Counted from the stretch's first letter, positions 20,439 through 30,169 are shown. The stretch is DNA of 64,000 nucleotides from Leptonemataceae bacterium (GCA_965227295.1 OZ245742.1:4800001-4864000); one strand, 5' to 3'. Numbers and translations are program-made. Notes: a model not told the origin generated them from the sequence alone.

Positions 20439-21554
20439 TCAGGAGGACCTTGCGATAGGACGCGCCGCCCCGCGGTAGGCCGCATGAATCTCCGCGCGAA
20501 TCGCTTCGATGTCGCGCGGAAAGAGCTTCTCAATGCGCGCGAGACTCTTCGAACGCCGACAGGCGTGATACACCGGCGCGACGGTTTCCCGAAAACCACC
20601 GTCCGGATCGCGCAGCAGCAGGCCGATGCCGCGGGCGATCAAACGTTCCAGGTTACGCGGTTTCTCGCGCACCTGCTTCTCGGTTCCGTTCAACACCAGG
20701 TAAACGAAGTTCGCGTACTCGAAGTAGGACTCGGCCTGGGCGATGAACTCTTTACGCAGGTCGGCGCTGTCCTTAACTTCTACCGCGAGTAACTCAATGT
20801 CCGGCAGATTCAGCGCTCCGGTTTCGATGCGCAGACCGGCCAGGTCCGGATTCTCCCAATCGTTCATGCGCGTGCGCCCGTGCAAATGTTCGGCGAAGAG
20901 ATACTTCCAGCCCGCGGTCTCGCGGCCGTCGTCACGCCGATGCTGCCGGCCCGCCGCAAAGAACGCGAGGACCTCCGGATACAGCGCAATCTCCCCACGC
21001 AATTCACGACCCGCTTCGCGGAGTCCCTCGGGCAGGCTCGTGCCGCGCGACGGCGAAGTACTGCGTCCGCCTTCAATGACCACGAGCTCCCCCGGTCGTC
21101 CGGGTGCCGGGCTCCGCCGGGGCGCGATGCCGAGACCGCCGGCACGTTTTTCCGCGATGCCCAGGTGGCGGAGCGTATTGCGCAGGCCGTCGTGCAGAGC
21201 TTCCGGTACCGCGAACAACTTGAGGATCGATTCCAGCGCGGCGCGACTTTCGAAGATGTCGCCGCCCTCGCTGTAGGCCCGGGATGTCACTTCCCAGAGA
21301 TAGACGTGCAGCCCGCGCCACGCCCGGCGAAACTGTGCACGACTGAGTTTCGTTTTGTAGTACTTACGCGCGTCCAGACGCGCGATGCCGAGCCCGGTAA
21401 GAATCTCCCGCGCGGCCTCGGCCGGGAATTCGTTGCGCAGTTCCGGGGGAATGAGCGCGCCGATGCCGACGCCGTCCCCGGCCTTCAGCAAACGCACGGC
21501 GTGATTGATGAGCCGCGCCACGGGACGCAGGCGTTTGTCGGTGTAGAGATTCAT
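20439..21554 (-). CDS. protein with C-terminal PD-(D/E)XK restriction-endonuclease-like domain (COG2958/HrgA-like)
   Basis: WENPDLAG...AVEVK...QAESY..ANFVYLV pattern. Confidence 0.55.
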   Translation of the reverse strand: MNLYTDKRLRPVARLINHAVRLLKAGDGVGIGALIPPELRNEFPAEAAREILTGLGIARLDARKYYKTKLSRAQFRRAWRGLHVYLWEVTSRAYSEGGDIFESRAALESILKLFAVPEALHDGLRNTLRHLGIAEKRAGGLGIAPRRSPAPGRPGELVVIEGGRSTSPSRGTSLPEGLREAGRELRGEIALYPEVLAFFAAGRQHRRDDGRETAGWKYLFAEHLHGRTRMNDWENPDLAGLRIETGALNLPDIELLAVEVKDSADLRKEFIAQAESYFEYANFVYLVLNGTEKQVREKPRNLERLIARGIGLLLRDPDGGFRETVAPVYHACRRSKSLARIEKLFPRDIEAIRAEIHAAYRGAARPIARSS

Positions 21555-21685
21555 AAGCGTGACATAAGTCTCCGGCTAATGCGCCGCGCGCAGATCTTAG
21601 CGCCGGCGTACCATCTGACAAGCGCGATTGTGCATCTTCGCAAAAACCCCTCGCCATACACCCCGCGTCGAAAAAGATCGGAGCC

Positions 21686-22558
21686 GTGACCACCAGGCAA
21701 TCCTCCCGTTCCGTCCTCATCACCGGCGCCTCCACGGGCATCGGTTACGCCGCCGCCAAAGTACTAATCCAGCGCGGCCTGCACGTCTTCGGCAGCGTTC
21801 GAAAACCGGCCGACGGCGATCGACTGGCCGGCGACTTCGGTGAAGCATTCACGCCCCTCGTCTTCGACGTCACCGATCGTCCGTCCATCGACGCGGCGGC
21901 GAAACAAACCGCGGAAGCCCTGAACGGGGCGAACCTGCTCGGCCTTGTGAACAACGCCGGCGTGGCCGTGCCCGGACCCCTCGCTCACATGCCGGTGGAA
22001 GAAGTCTTGCGCCAGCTGGAAATCAACGTCACCGGTGCCCTGCAAGTCACGCAGGCGTTCCTGCCGTATCTCGGCATGGATCGCGGACGTAGCGGCGGCC
22101 CGGGTCGCATCGTAAACATCAGTTCGGTAGCAGGTAAGCGCGGCGCGCCGTTTCTTGGCCCGTACTCCGCATCGAAGCACGCTCTCGAGGGCCTGTCCGA
22201 ATCGTTGCGGCGCGAACTCATGCTGTACGGCATCGACGTCATCATCGTGGCGCCGGGAGCGGTGGCCACGCCCATCTGGGACAAGGCCGAAGAACAGGAG
22301 GTCGCTCCGTATCGCGACACCGACTACGTCGAGGCCCTGCTGAAATTGCAGAAGACCATGGTAGACCGCGGGCGGAAGCGCGGCCTACCCCCGGAAGTCG
22401 TCGGCCGTAAGATCTACGAGGCGCTGACGGTGCGTAAACCGAAGACACGTTACGCCGTGGTCCCGTCGCTGTTGCAGGATGTGATTCTTCCCGCGATCCT
22501 GCCAAAGCGCATCCTCGATCGCATGATTGCAAAGATGTTCGGTCTTCAGCGCAGATAA
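21686..22558 (+). CDS. short-chain dehydrogenase/reductase
   Basis: TGASTGIG, NNAG and YSASK motifs. Confidence 0.93.
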   Translation: MTTRQSSRSVLITGASTGIGYAAAKVLIQRGLHVFGSVRKPADGDRLAGDFGEAFTPLVFDVTDRPSIDAAAKQTAEALNGANLLGLVNNAGVAVPGPLAHMPVEEVLRQLEINVTGALQVTQAFLPYLGMDRGRSGGPGRIVNISSVAGKRGAPFLGPYSASKHALEGLSESLRRELMLYGIDVIIVAPGAVATPIWDKAEEQEVAPYRDTDYVEALLKLQKTMVDRGRKRGLPPEVVGRKIYEALTVRKPKTRYAVVPSLLQDVILPAILPKRILDRMIAKMFGLQRR

Positions 22559-22573
22559 ATGGAAAAACGCGCG

Positions 22574-24076
22574 CCAGCGAATCCGCACCCGCTCCGCCCC
22601 GCGGATAGAGTGGGGCTCCGGGGTGCGGATTCGCTGGATGGATCTTTACGACGAAGACGCCGGGGACTTATGCCTTTCGCCGATGCGGAAAGCCGGCGCT
22701 TCAAAACACCGCGCCTGCGAATGACCGAAAGTTTCAGTAATCCAGGAGCTGTTGCTCGCGGCGTTTGCCGTGAGACACATGAGTTAAGTTGCGCAATGGA
22801 GAGGGGATTGATTTGGCTACGGCGAAGCGGGAGTTGTGGTGATTCGTTTTGCAAAGATTGTCCACCTCGACCCGGACGTCGGTTTGTGACTCAGCGATCG
22901 GAACGTTTCTTACGACGAAGACGCCGTTCCGGTCCGCCTTACCATGCTCCCCGGCACAACCTCCGTTCGTCAGCTGAAACCAGCCGCACCCATAAAAGCC
23001 TTAATGTACACTGGCCGTTACTTACACCACGATTCGGGGCGCCTGCGAACTACCGAAAAGTTTTCGGTAGTTCAAGAGCTGTGGTTCGCGTCGTTTGCCG
23101 TGAGAAACATTAGGCAAGTTGCGCTATGGTAAAGGGGTTGATTTGGCTACGGCGAAGCGGGAGTTGTGGTGATTCGTTTTGCAAAGATTGTCCGCCTCGA
23201 CCCGGACGTCGGTTTGTGACTCAGCGATCGGAACGTTTCCTGAGACGAAGACGCCGTTCCGGTGCGCGCCCCACATTTCCCCGGCATGACCTCCGTTCAT
23301 CTGCTGGACCCAGCCGTGCCCATAAAAGTCTAAATCCAAACTGGCCTCAACTTACATCACGATTCGGGGCGTAATCGAAGGAATCAAACGTTTCCGGTAA
23401 TTCAAGAGCCGCGGTTCGTAACGGTTGCCGCGAAAAACATAAAGTCGGTCGCCGCATCATGCAGGGGTTTTTATGGCTACGGCGAAGCGGGAGTTGTGGA
23501 TTTTCGTTTTGCAAAGCACGCTGAAGTCGACCCGGACGCTGGTTGTGCGACTCAGCTATCGTAACGGTTCCCACGACGAAGACGCCGTTCCGGTGCGCCT
23601 TACCACATTCCCCGGCATGACCTCCGTGGTCGCCTGGAACCAGCCGTACCCATAAAAGGCTCAATGTACACTGGCCGTCACTTACTTCACGATTCGGGGC
23701 GTCCGCGAGCAACACGCGCGTTTCCGGTAATTCAAGATCTGTGGTTCGCAACTATTGCCGTGAGAAACATGAAGTAAGTCGCGGAATTGTGAAGGGATTT
23801 TTTTGGCTACGGCTCTTCGGAGTTGTGGTGATTCGTTTTGCCTGGCACGCTGCCAGTGGGGAACCAACTGCCGCGGCCCCAACAAGTGGGGCCTTGCCGA
23901 CACCGGACGCTGGTTGTGCGACTCAGCGATCGGAACGTTTCTTACGACGAAGACGCCGTTCCGGTGCGCCGTACCACATTCCCCGGCATGACCTCCGCAC
24001 GTCAGCTGGAACCAGCCGTACCCATACAATGCTTAATGCACACTGGCCGTCACTTACACCAAGATTCGGGCGTGTT
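22574..24076 (+). repeat. tandem array A of the ~330-bp unit (about 4 units)
   Basis: Anchor ggctacggc at 22815, 23145, 23475 and 23805 (period exactly 330). Confidence 0.95.
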
Positions 24077-24080
24077 CAAA

Positions 24081-25133
24081 TTACTGCGATTGCGTGATCG
24101 TCGTGTACACGACGCTACGCCAGTCGTTGCTGCCGACGATCGTCGGGGTGTAGGTGGTGAGATCGGCGCTGTATTCGATACGGCCGGATTCCGAAACCAC
24201 GACGACGTTCGCGCCGTCGGTGGCCATGTGATGGGCGACACCGAAGACGGCATCCCCGGTGTCCGTGGCGGCCCCGGTGCCGTTGGAAGTCGTATACATC
24301 GTCCCGTCGTCGCCGCCGAGGGCGAAGAGGCCGGCCCCGGAAACAAACGCGGAACCGTTCAGCTCCGCGGAGACGTGCGTGCCGGTCGCATTCGGAAAAC
24401 CGCCGATGGTGGCCGCGGTGTGAATGCTCCCCGTCGCATCTTCCATTAAATAGACGCCGTTCCCGTAGGCGGCGATCACCCAATCCTGCGCACCCGCGTT
24501 GGCGTTGCTCCAGCTGATGCCGTCCGTGGAAGTCGCCCGCACACCGCCGCGCCCGAACGCCACGAAGCCGCCGTTCAAATACTCCACGCCTTCCAGGCGA
24601 TTCCCGAGGGTCAACGTGCGATCGGTCCAGGTAATGCCGTCCGGAGAACTGAGCATGACATCACTGGTACCGGTGCCGCCGACAGCGACGTAGATACCCG
24701 CGCCGAACGCGACGCCCTCCAGGTCCAGACCGGTGCCCGAGCTCTGCGTGGACCAGGTGCCGGCCTCGCCGTTGGTGGAGGTCACGATGCGCCCGCTCGC
24801 GCCCACGGCCACAAAGCCCGCGTCGCCGTATGTCACGCCCCGGAGATCCGCACCACCGACATCCGCGGATTGCCAGTTCGTCTGTCCGTCCTCGGAGTAG
24901 GCGATGGTGCCGCTGTGCCCCACGGCGAGCCAGCGGTTGACGGTCGTGGTCGTCGGTGTGGTCGTCGGGGCGACGGCAGGATCCACGACACTGCTCAAAT
25001 AAAACGGCAGCAGCGCCGAGTCGCTGCATGTGAGATCGGTGCCGTTGCACTCCGGCGACGGCAGGCAGGCGATGGAAAAACCGGAGAATGCGGCCACCAA
25101 CACCGCGAGGATATGCGAACGTAGAGAGGACAC
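24081..25133 (-). CDS. lipoprotein with beta-propeller-like (BNR/Ycf48-like) repeats
   Basis: Lipobox-like FSIAC, Thr/Pro linker and repeated VAVGxSG.I..S.DG..W; start codon uncertain. Confidence 0.75.
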   Translation of the reverse strand: MSSLRSHILAVLVAAFSGFSIACLPSPECNGTDLTCSDSALLPFYLSSVVDPAVAPTTTPTTTTVNRWLAVGHSGTIAYSEDGQTNWQSADVGGADLRGVTYGDAGFVAVGASGRIVTSTNGEAGTWSTQSSGTGLDLEGVAFGAGIYVAVGGTGTSDVMLSSPDGITWTDRTLTLGNRLEGVEYLNGGFVAFGRGGVRATSTDGISWSNANAGAQDWVIAAYGNGVYLMEDATGSIHTAATIGGFPNATGTHVSAELNGSAFVSGAGLFALGGDDGTMYTTSNGTGAATDTGDAVFGVAHHMATDGANVVVVSESGRIEYSADLTTYTPTIVGSNDWRSVVYTTITQSQ

Positions 25134-25257
25134 CGAACAGTATAGAGTAACGATCTTTAGACGCGCCGCCTGAAGAAAAAGTTCAGCTTCAATACATGCT
25201 GGCTTGATTTTATTCATATATGTTGACCGATCGGCCGGTAGCCGCGAATCGGTCAAC

Positions 25258-25629
25258 ATGGCGGAACCGGTCCTGCTCTTCGGCGAATTTCTCCTGCGCA
25301 ACGGAGTCATTTCCTCCGCCCATTTGCTCGAAGCCCTGGAGTACCAGAAGGAAACCATGCGCGTCCTCTCGGTGATGGGTTTTCTGGAACACGGCCTCGA
25401 AGAAAACGATCGCAAACAACTCTTCGAACGTATTTCCTCCGGCGAAAGTCCCGAGGCCGCCGCCGCGGAACTCGGTTTCCTGAGCGCCGCCGAACTCGAA
25501 GACGTCTTTCGCGCGAACAAGGACTTCCGCCTGCCCGTGGCCGCTACTTACACCACGATTCGGGGCGTGTGCGAACGGACAAAATGTTTTCGGCAGTTCA
25601 AGAGCTGTGGTTCGCGGCGTTTACCGTGA
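25258..25629 (+). CDS. MshEN-like motif protein, apparently truncated by repeat array B
   Basis: LFGEFLLRNGVISSAHLLEALEYQK; the last ~30 codons and the stop lie inside the repeat. Confidence 0.6.
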   Translation: MAEPVLLFGEFLLRNGVISSAHLLEALEYQKETMRVLSVMGFLEHGLEENDRKQLFERISSGESPEAAAAELGFLSAAELEDVFRANKDFRLPVAATYTTIRGVCERTKCFRQFKSCGSRRLP

Positions 25630-26654
25630 GAAACGTAAGGTAAGTTGCAATATGGTGAAGGGATTTTTTGGCTACGGCTCTTCGGAGTTGTGGTGATTCG
25701 TTTTGCAAAGCACGCTGGAGTCGACCCGGACGTCGGATTGCGACTCAGCCATCGCAACGTTTCTCACGACGAAGACGCCGTTCCGGTCCGCGCCCCACAT
25801 TTCCCCGGCATGACCTCCGCTCGTCAGCTGGAACCAGTTGTAACCTTAAAAGGCTTAATTTACACTGGCCGCTACTTACACCACGATTCGGGGCGTGTGC
25901 GAACGGACAAAATGTTTTCGGCAGTTCAAGAGCTGTGGTTCGCGGCGTTTGCCGTGAGAAACGCAAGTTAAGCTGCAATATGGTGAAGAGATTTTTTGGC
26001 TACGGCTCTTCGGAGTTGTGGTGATTCGTTTTGCAAAGCACGCTGGAGTCGACCCGGACGTCGGATTGCGACTCAGCCATCGCAACGTTTCTCACGACGA
26101 AGACGCCGTTCCGGTCCGCGCCCCACATTTCCCCGGCATGACCTCCGCTCGTCAGCTGGAACCAGCCGTACCCACAAAAGGCTTAATATACACTGGCCGC
26201 TACTTACACCACGACTCGGGGCGTGTGCGAACGAACAAAATGTTTCCGGTAGTTCAAGAGCTGTGATTCGCAGCGTTTGCCGTGAGAAACATAATGTAAG
26301 CTGCTCAATCATGAAGCCATTTTTTTGGCTACGGCGAAGCGGGAGTTGTGGTGATTCGTTTTGCCAAGAATGCTGCGTTCGACCCGGACGCTGGTTGTGC
26401 GACTCAGCTATCGTAACGTTTCCCACTACGAAGACGCCGGGGACTTATGCTTTCCGCCGATGCGGAAAGCCGGCGGTTCAGAACTCTCGCTGAAGCGAGA
26501 ATTCTGCCGGTGCGCCCTACCATGCTCCCCGGCGTGACCTCCGTGGTCGCCTGGAACCAGTTGTAACCATAAAAGGCTTAGTATACATCGACCGCCACTT
26601 ACACCACGATTCGGGGCCTACTTGAACTAACAAATGTTTTCCGTAGTTCAAGAG
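25538..26654 (+). repeat. tandem array B of the ~329-bp unit (about 3.3 units)
   Basis: Anchor ggctac at 25670, 25998 and 26327 (periods 328 and 329); the first two units are nearly identical. Confidence 0.95.
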
Positions 26655-27772
26655 TCGAAAAAATCTTCCCGGGCAAAATCGCCGGTACCGCCCGCCAGTT
26701 CATGATCGTAGAGCTCCGGAATCATCAGTTGCACCTTCCAGCGTAAGGCGATGCCGTGGGTCTGTCCGAGGCCCGCCGGCGGATAGAGCGCGCGAAAGAC
26801 CGGGGCAAAGGCGACTTCGCCGTCGAAGTACTCCTCAATGCGGCCTCGGGGTGGAATGCGCTCCACGGACTGCTCGTACAAAACAACAACACGCGATGGA
26901 ACCTCAAAGCCCGAATCGTCCCGGGCCCAACGGCGCAGACTCCCCGCCAGGTCGCCGCGCTGACCGCATTCGATGTTGTAAGCGATGATGCGGAGCGTCG
27001 GGCCGACCAGACCGGCTTCAGTGTATCCTGTAAGTAATTTACGAATCGATGTTACGCTATCCCGGCGGATGCGCGCAGGTCGTTTCCGCCAGGCAATGCT
27101 CGCAAAAGAACGCAACAGCAACCACATCGTTTTCAAGAGTGCGGCGGTAATCATTCCACCGAACCCGAACGTAAAAATGAGGACAAATAACCATTCATCC
27201 GCAGTGTACGATGCCAGGTCCACGAAACGGTAGACGATGGTACCGTAGAGGGACCAGCAAGTGATAAGCACCGTCCCAAGGCCGACCATGCCCCACTTCA
27301 ACCGCGCCGGCACGATCCGAAAGTTTCGCCCCGCATGCGAATCGTCCCGCGGTGCAACGATCGCTTCCGCCGGTCGTTCCACCGCCGGGGCGCGGGGCGG
27401 CAGTTCCAGGCGTACCTCTTCTTCGATGACGTCGTCGGGAGCCGGGCCGGGAGTTTTTATCAACAGCTTCGCATACAAACGCAGGTCGATTTCGCGGCCG
27501 TTATAAGAATAAAACGGCAGGCGCCGCGCGTCGATGCGGCGTTCAAATTCGCCACGACCGTCGAAAGTGAAGTGCAGTCGATATACCGTTTCGCGCCGGT
27601 GCAGTTCCAGGGGCGGCCGGACCTCCACGCGCACGTCCAGTTCCAGTTCCGCACTACGGCCGGCGTAAACCTCTCCGGTCTGGATCTTAAGCACGCAGAG
27701 GACTTTGTCTTTTTCCCGGACGTGCCGGAGTGAAACGGCGCCGCCGGAAATCTCTATCTGACGCGGCCGCAC
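26648..27772 (-). CDS. hypothetical two-TM protein (paralog 1 of a local family)
   Basis: Shares YSYxGxxI, LRIIAYNxExGQ and YFxxExxFxxVFRxLYPP with 31800-32941. Confidence 0.75.
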   Translation of the reverse strand: MRPRQIEISGGAVSLRHVREKDKVLCVLKIQTGEVYAGRSAELELDVRVEVRPPLELHRRETVYRLHFTFDGRGEFERRIDARRLPFYSYNGREIDLRLYAKLLIKTPGPAPDDVIEEEVRLELPPRAPAVERPAEAIVAPRDDSHAGRNFRIVPARLKWGMVGLGTVLITCWSLYGTIVYRFVDLASYTADEWLFVLIFTFGFGGMITAALLKTMWLLLRSFASIAWRKRPARIRRDSVTSIRKLLTGYTEAGLVGPTLRIIAYNIECGQRGDLAGSLRRWARDDSGFEVPSRVVVLYEQSVERIPPRGRIEEYFDGEVAFAPVFRALYPPAGLGQTHGIALRWKVQLMIPELYDHELAGGTGDFAREDFFDS

Positions 27773-27778
27773 GTCCGC

Positions 27779-30169
27779 TTACGCCTTCACCCCCAGCCGC
27801 TCTTCCAGGGCGGCAATGCGCTTGAGCACTTCGATGACGCTGTCGGGGTTCAGCGAAATGCTGTCGATCCCCGCCTCCACCAGGAACTCGGCAAAGTCCG
27901 GGTAGTCCGACGGCCCCTGACCGCAGATGCCCACCTCGCAGCCCTTCGCGTGCGCCTGTTCGATGACCATTCGAATCGCCGCCTTCACGGCGTCGTTGCG
28001 TTCGTCGAAGAGGTACGCTAACTTTCCCGAATCGCGATCTACGCCGAGGGTGAGCTGTGTGAGATCGTTGGACCCGATGGAGAAACCGTCGAAGCGATCG
28101 GCAAACTCCGATGCCAGGAAGACGTTCGCCGGAATCTCGCACATGACGTAAACTTTCAGGCCGTTTTCGCCGCGTTTGAGGCCGTTCTTCTGGAGCTCCT
28201 CGTGTACGTGATCGGCCTCCGTGAGCGTACGGCAGAACGGGATCATGATCCAGACGTTGTCCATGCCGATCTCTTCGCGCACCTTCTTGATGGCCCGACA
28301 TTCCAGGGCAAAGCCTTCCCGGTACTCGTCGCTGTAATAGCGCGACGCGCCGCGCCAGCCGAGCATGGGGTTTTCCTCACCGGGTTCGAACTCCCGCCCG
28401 CCGATCAAGTCGGCGTACTCGTTCGTTTTGAAATCGCTCATGCGCACGAGCACCGGATGCGGATACTGCACCGCGGCGATCTGGGCGATGCCCAGGGCCA
28501 GGCGCTCCACGAAGTACTCGGACTTGTCCGGATAACCGTCCGTGAGCTCGGCGATCGTGGCGATGGCGTCCCGGTCTTCGATGTGCGGCCAGTTGAGCAG
28601 CGCGAGCGGATGGATCTTGATGATGGAGTTGATGATGAACTCCATGCGCGCGAGACCCACGCCTTTCGCGGGCAATCGCCACCAGCGCATGGCGGCCCCC
28701 GGCGAAGCGATGTTTAACTTAATCTGAGTGCGTGTTTGCGGCAGGTCCTCAACGCGGATCTCGTCCTGAGTATACTTTAAGATGCCCTCGTAGATGTAGC
28801 CGATGTTGCCCTCGGCGCACGATGCGGTCACCTCCTGGCCTTCTTTGAGAATGTCCGTGGCGTGCGACACGCCCACGATGGCCGGGATGCCCAGTTCACG
28901 ACTCACGATGGCCGCGTGCGACGTGCGCCCGCCGTGATCCGTAATGATCGCCGCCGCGCGTTTCATGACCGGGACCCAGTCCGGGTCCGTGATCTCCGTT
29001 ACCAGGATGCAGCCGTCCTCGAACTGATCGATCTCTTTCGCCGTGCGTAACACTTTCACCTTACCGGTGGCCACCGCTTCACCGATGGCGATGCCTTCGA
29101 GGAGCGGTGCGCCGTGAGCGCCGCCGAGATGGTACGACTTGAAGACGCCCGCCTCTTGCGAGGACTGCACCGTCTCCGGCCGCGCCTGTACCACGAAGAG
29201 ATCGCCGGACTCGCCGTCCTTGGCCCACTCGATGTCCATGGGCCGCGCGTAGTGTTTTTCGATGGTCGCCGTCCAGCGCGCGAGTTGTAAGATCTCGTCG
29301 TCGCTCAGCACGAACGCACTGCGTTCCGCGCGCGTGCATTCGATGTTGCGCGTCGTCGCCGTGGCGCCGCGGGCGTAGATCATCTTTTGTTCTTTGGCGC
29401 CGATGTCTTTTTGAATGATGGGACGTTTCTTCGGATCATCCAACAACGGCTTGAACACGCGGTACTCGTCCGGCGTGATCGCGCCCTGCACCACGTTTTC
29501 GCCGATGCCCCAGCCCGCGGTGATCACCACGGAGTTACGAAAACCGCTCTCGGTATCGATGGAAAAGATCACCCCGGATCCCGCGAGATCCGAACGCACC
29601 ATCTTCTGAATGCCGATGGACAGCGCCGTATCCATGTGGTCGAAGCCTTTGCTCTGACGATAGATGATGGCACGGTCGGTGTACAGCGACGCGAAACAAC
29701 GCCGGCACGCGAAGAGCAGCTCTTCTTCGCCGACGACGTTCAGAATGGTCTCCTGTTGCCCCGCGAAACTCGCGTCCGGCAAATCCTCGGCGGTGGCCGA
29801 CGAACGCACGGCTACGTCCGCCTCGTCCATCGAGTACATCTTCGATAGTTCGCGGTAGGCCGCGCGCAGTTCGTCGGCGAGCATCGTGGGGAACGCGGCG
29901 TTGAGGATCATGCCGCGCACACTGCGGCCGACGCTTGCTAAGTTGCGTTCACCGCGACTTAGTTCGTCGAGTTTCGCACGCATAGGTTCGGCCAGCTTGT
30001 TGTACTGGAGGATTTCGCGGAAGGCGTCCGAGGTCGTGGCGAAGCCGTTGGGCACGTTCACCCCCTCGATTTTCAGGTGATGGATCATCTCGCCCAGGGA
30101 CGAGTTCTTGCCGCCGACTAACGGGACGTCTTCTTTGCGTAGCGTATCGAACCAGCGTATGTATTGCAT
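27779..30169 (-). CDS. ppsA: phosphoenolpyruvate synthase
   Basis: VGGKNSSLGEM, VAVRSSATAEDLPDASFAGQQET, GGRTSHAAIVSRELG and FSIGSNDLTQL motifs. Confidence 0.97.
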   Translation of the reverse strand: MQYIRWFDTLRKEDVPLVGGKNSSLGEMIHHLKIEGVNVPNGFATTSDAFREILQYNKLAEPMRAKLDELSRGERNLASVGRSVRGMILNAAFPTMLADELRAAYRELSKMYSMDEADVAVRSSATAEDLPDASFAGQQETILNVVGEEELLFACRRCFASLYTDRAIIYRQSKGFDHMDTALSIGIQKMVRSDLAGSGVIFSIDTESGFRNSVVITAGWGIGENVVQGAITPDEYRVFKPLLDDPKKRPIIQKDIGAKEQKMIYARGATATTRNIECTRAERSAFVLSDDEILQLARWTATIEKHYARPMDIEWAKDGESGDLFVVQARPETVQSSQEAGVFKSYHLGGAHGAPLLEGIAIGEAVATGKVKVLRTAKEIDQFEDGCILVTEITDPDWVPVMKRAAAIITDHGGRTSHAAIVSRELGIPAIVGVSHATDILKEGQEVTASCAEGNIGYIYEGILKYTQDEIRVEDLPQTRTQIKLNIASPGAAMRWWRLPAKGVGLARMEFIINSIIKIHPLALLNWPHIEDRDAIATIAELTDGYPDKSEYFVERLALGIAQIAAVQYPHPVLVRMSDFKTNEYADLIGGREFEPGEENPMLGWRGASRYYSDEYREGFALECRAIKKVREEIGMDNVWIMIPFCRTLTEADHVHEELQKNGLKRGENGLKVYVMCEIPANVFLASEFADRFDGFSIGSNDLTQLTLGVDRDSGKLAYLFDERNDAVKAAIRMVIEQAHAKGCEVGICGQGPSDYPDFAEFLVEAGIDSISLNPDSVIEVLKRIAALEERLGVKA

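Noticed and set aside
22574..24076. CRISPR array interpretation
   Set aside because: Units are ~330 bp and homologous along their full length, with no unique spacers and no cas genes
22559..24097. ORFs called inside the arrays (also 25548-26493, 42075-42959 and 56592-57929)
   Set aside because: Frames differ between homologous copies because of indels and stops, with no RBS and no recognisable domains
25780..25834. Hammerhead-ribozyme-like order on the minus strand of the repeat unit (CUGACGA...GAAA...)
   Set aside because: The required U before the cleavage site and the stem II closing pair are missing, CUGANGA and GAAA are not conserved in most copies, and the flanking stem pairs better on the plus strand
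25538..26654. Diversity-generating retroelement TR/VR interpretation
   Set aside because: Substitutions are not restricted to adenines on one strand, indels are present, and there is no reverse transcriptase in the window
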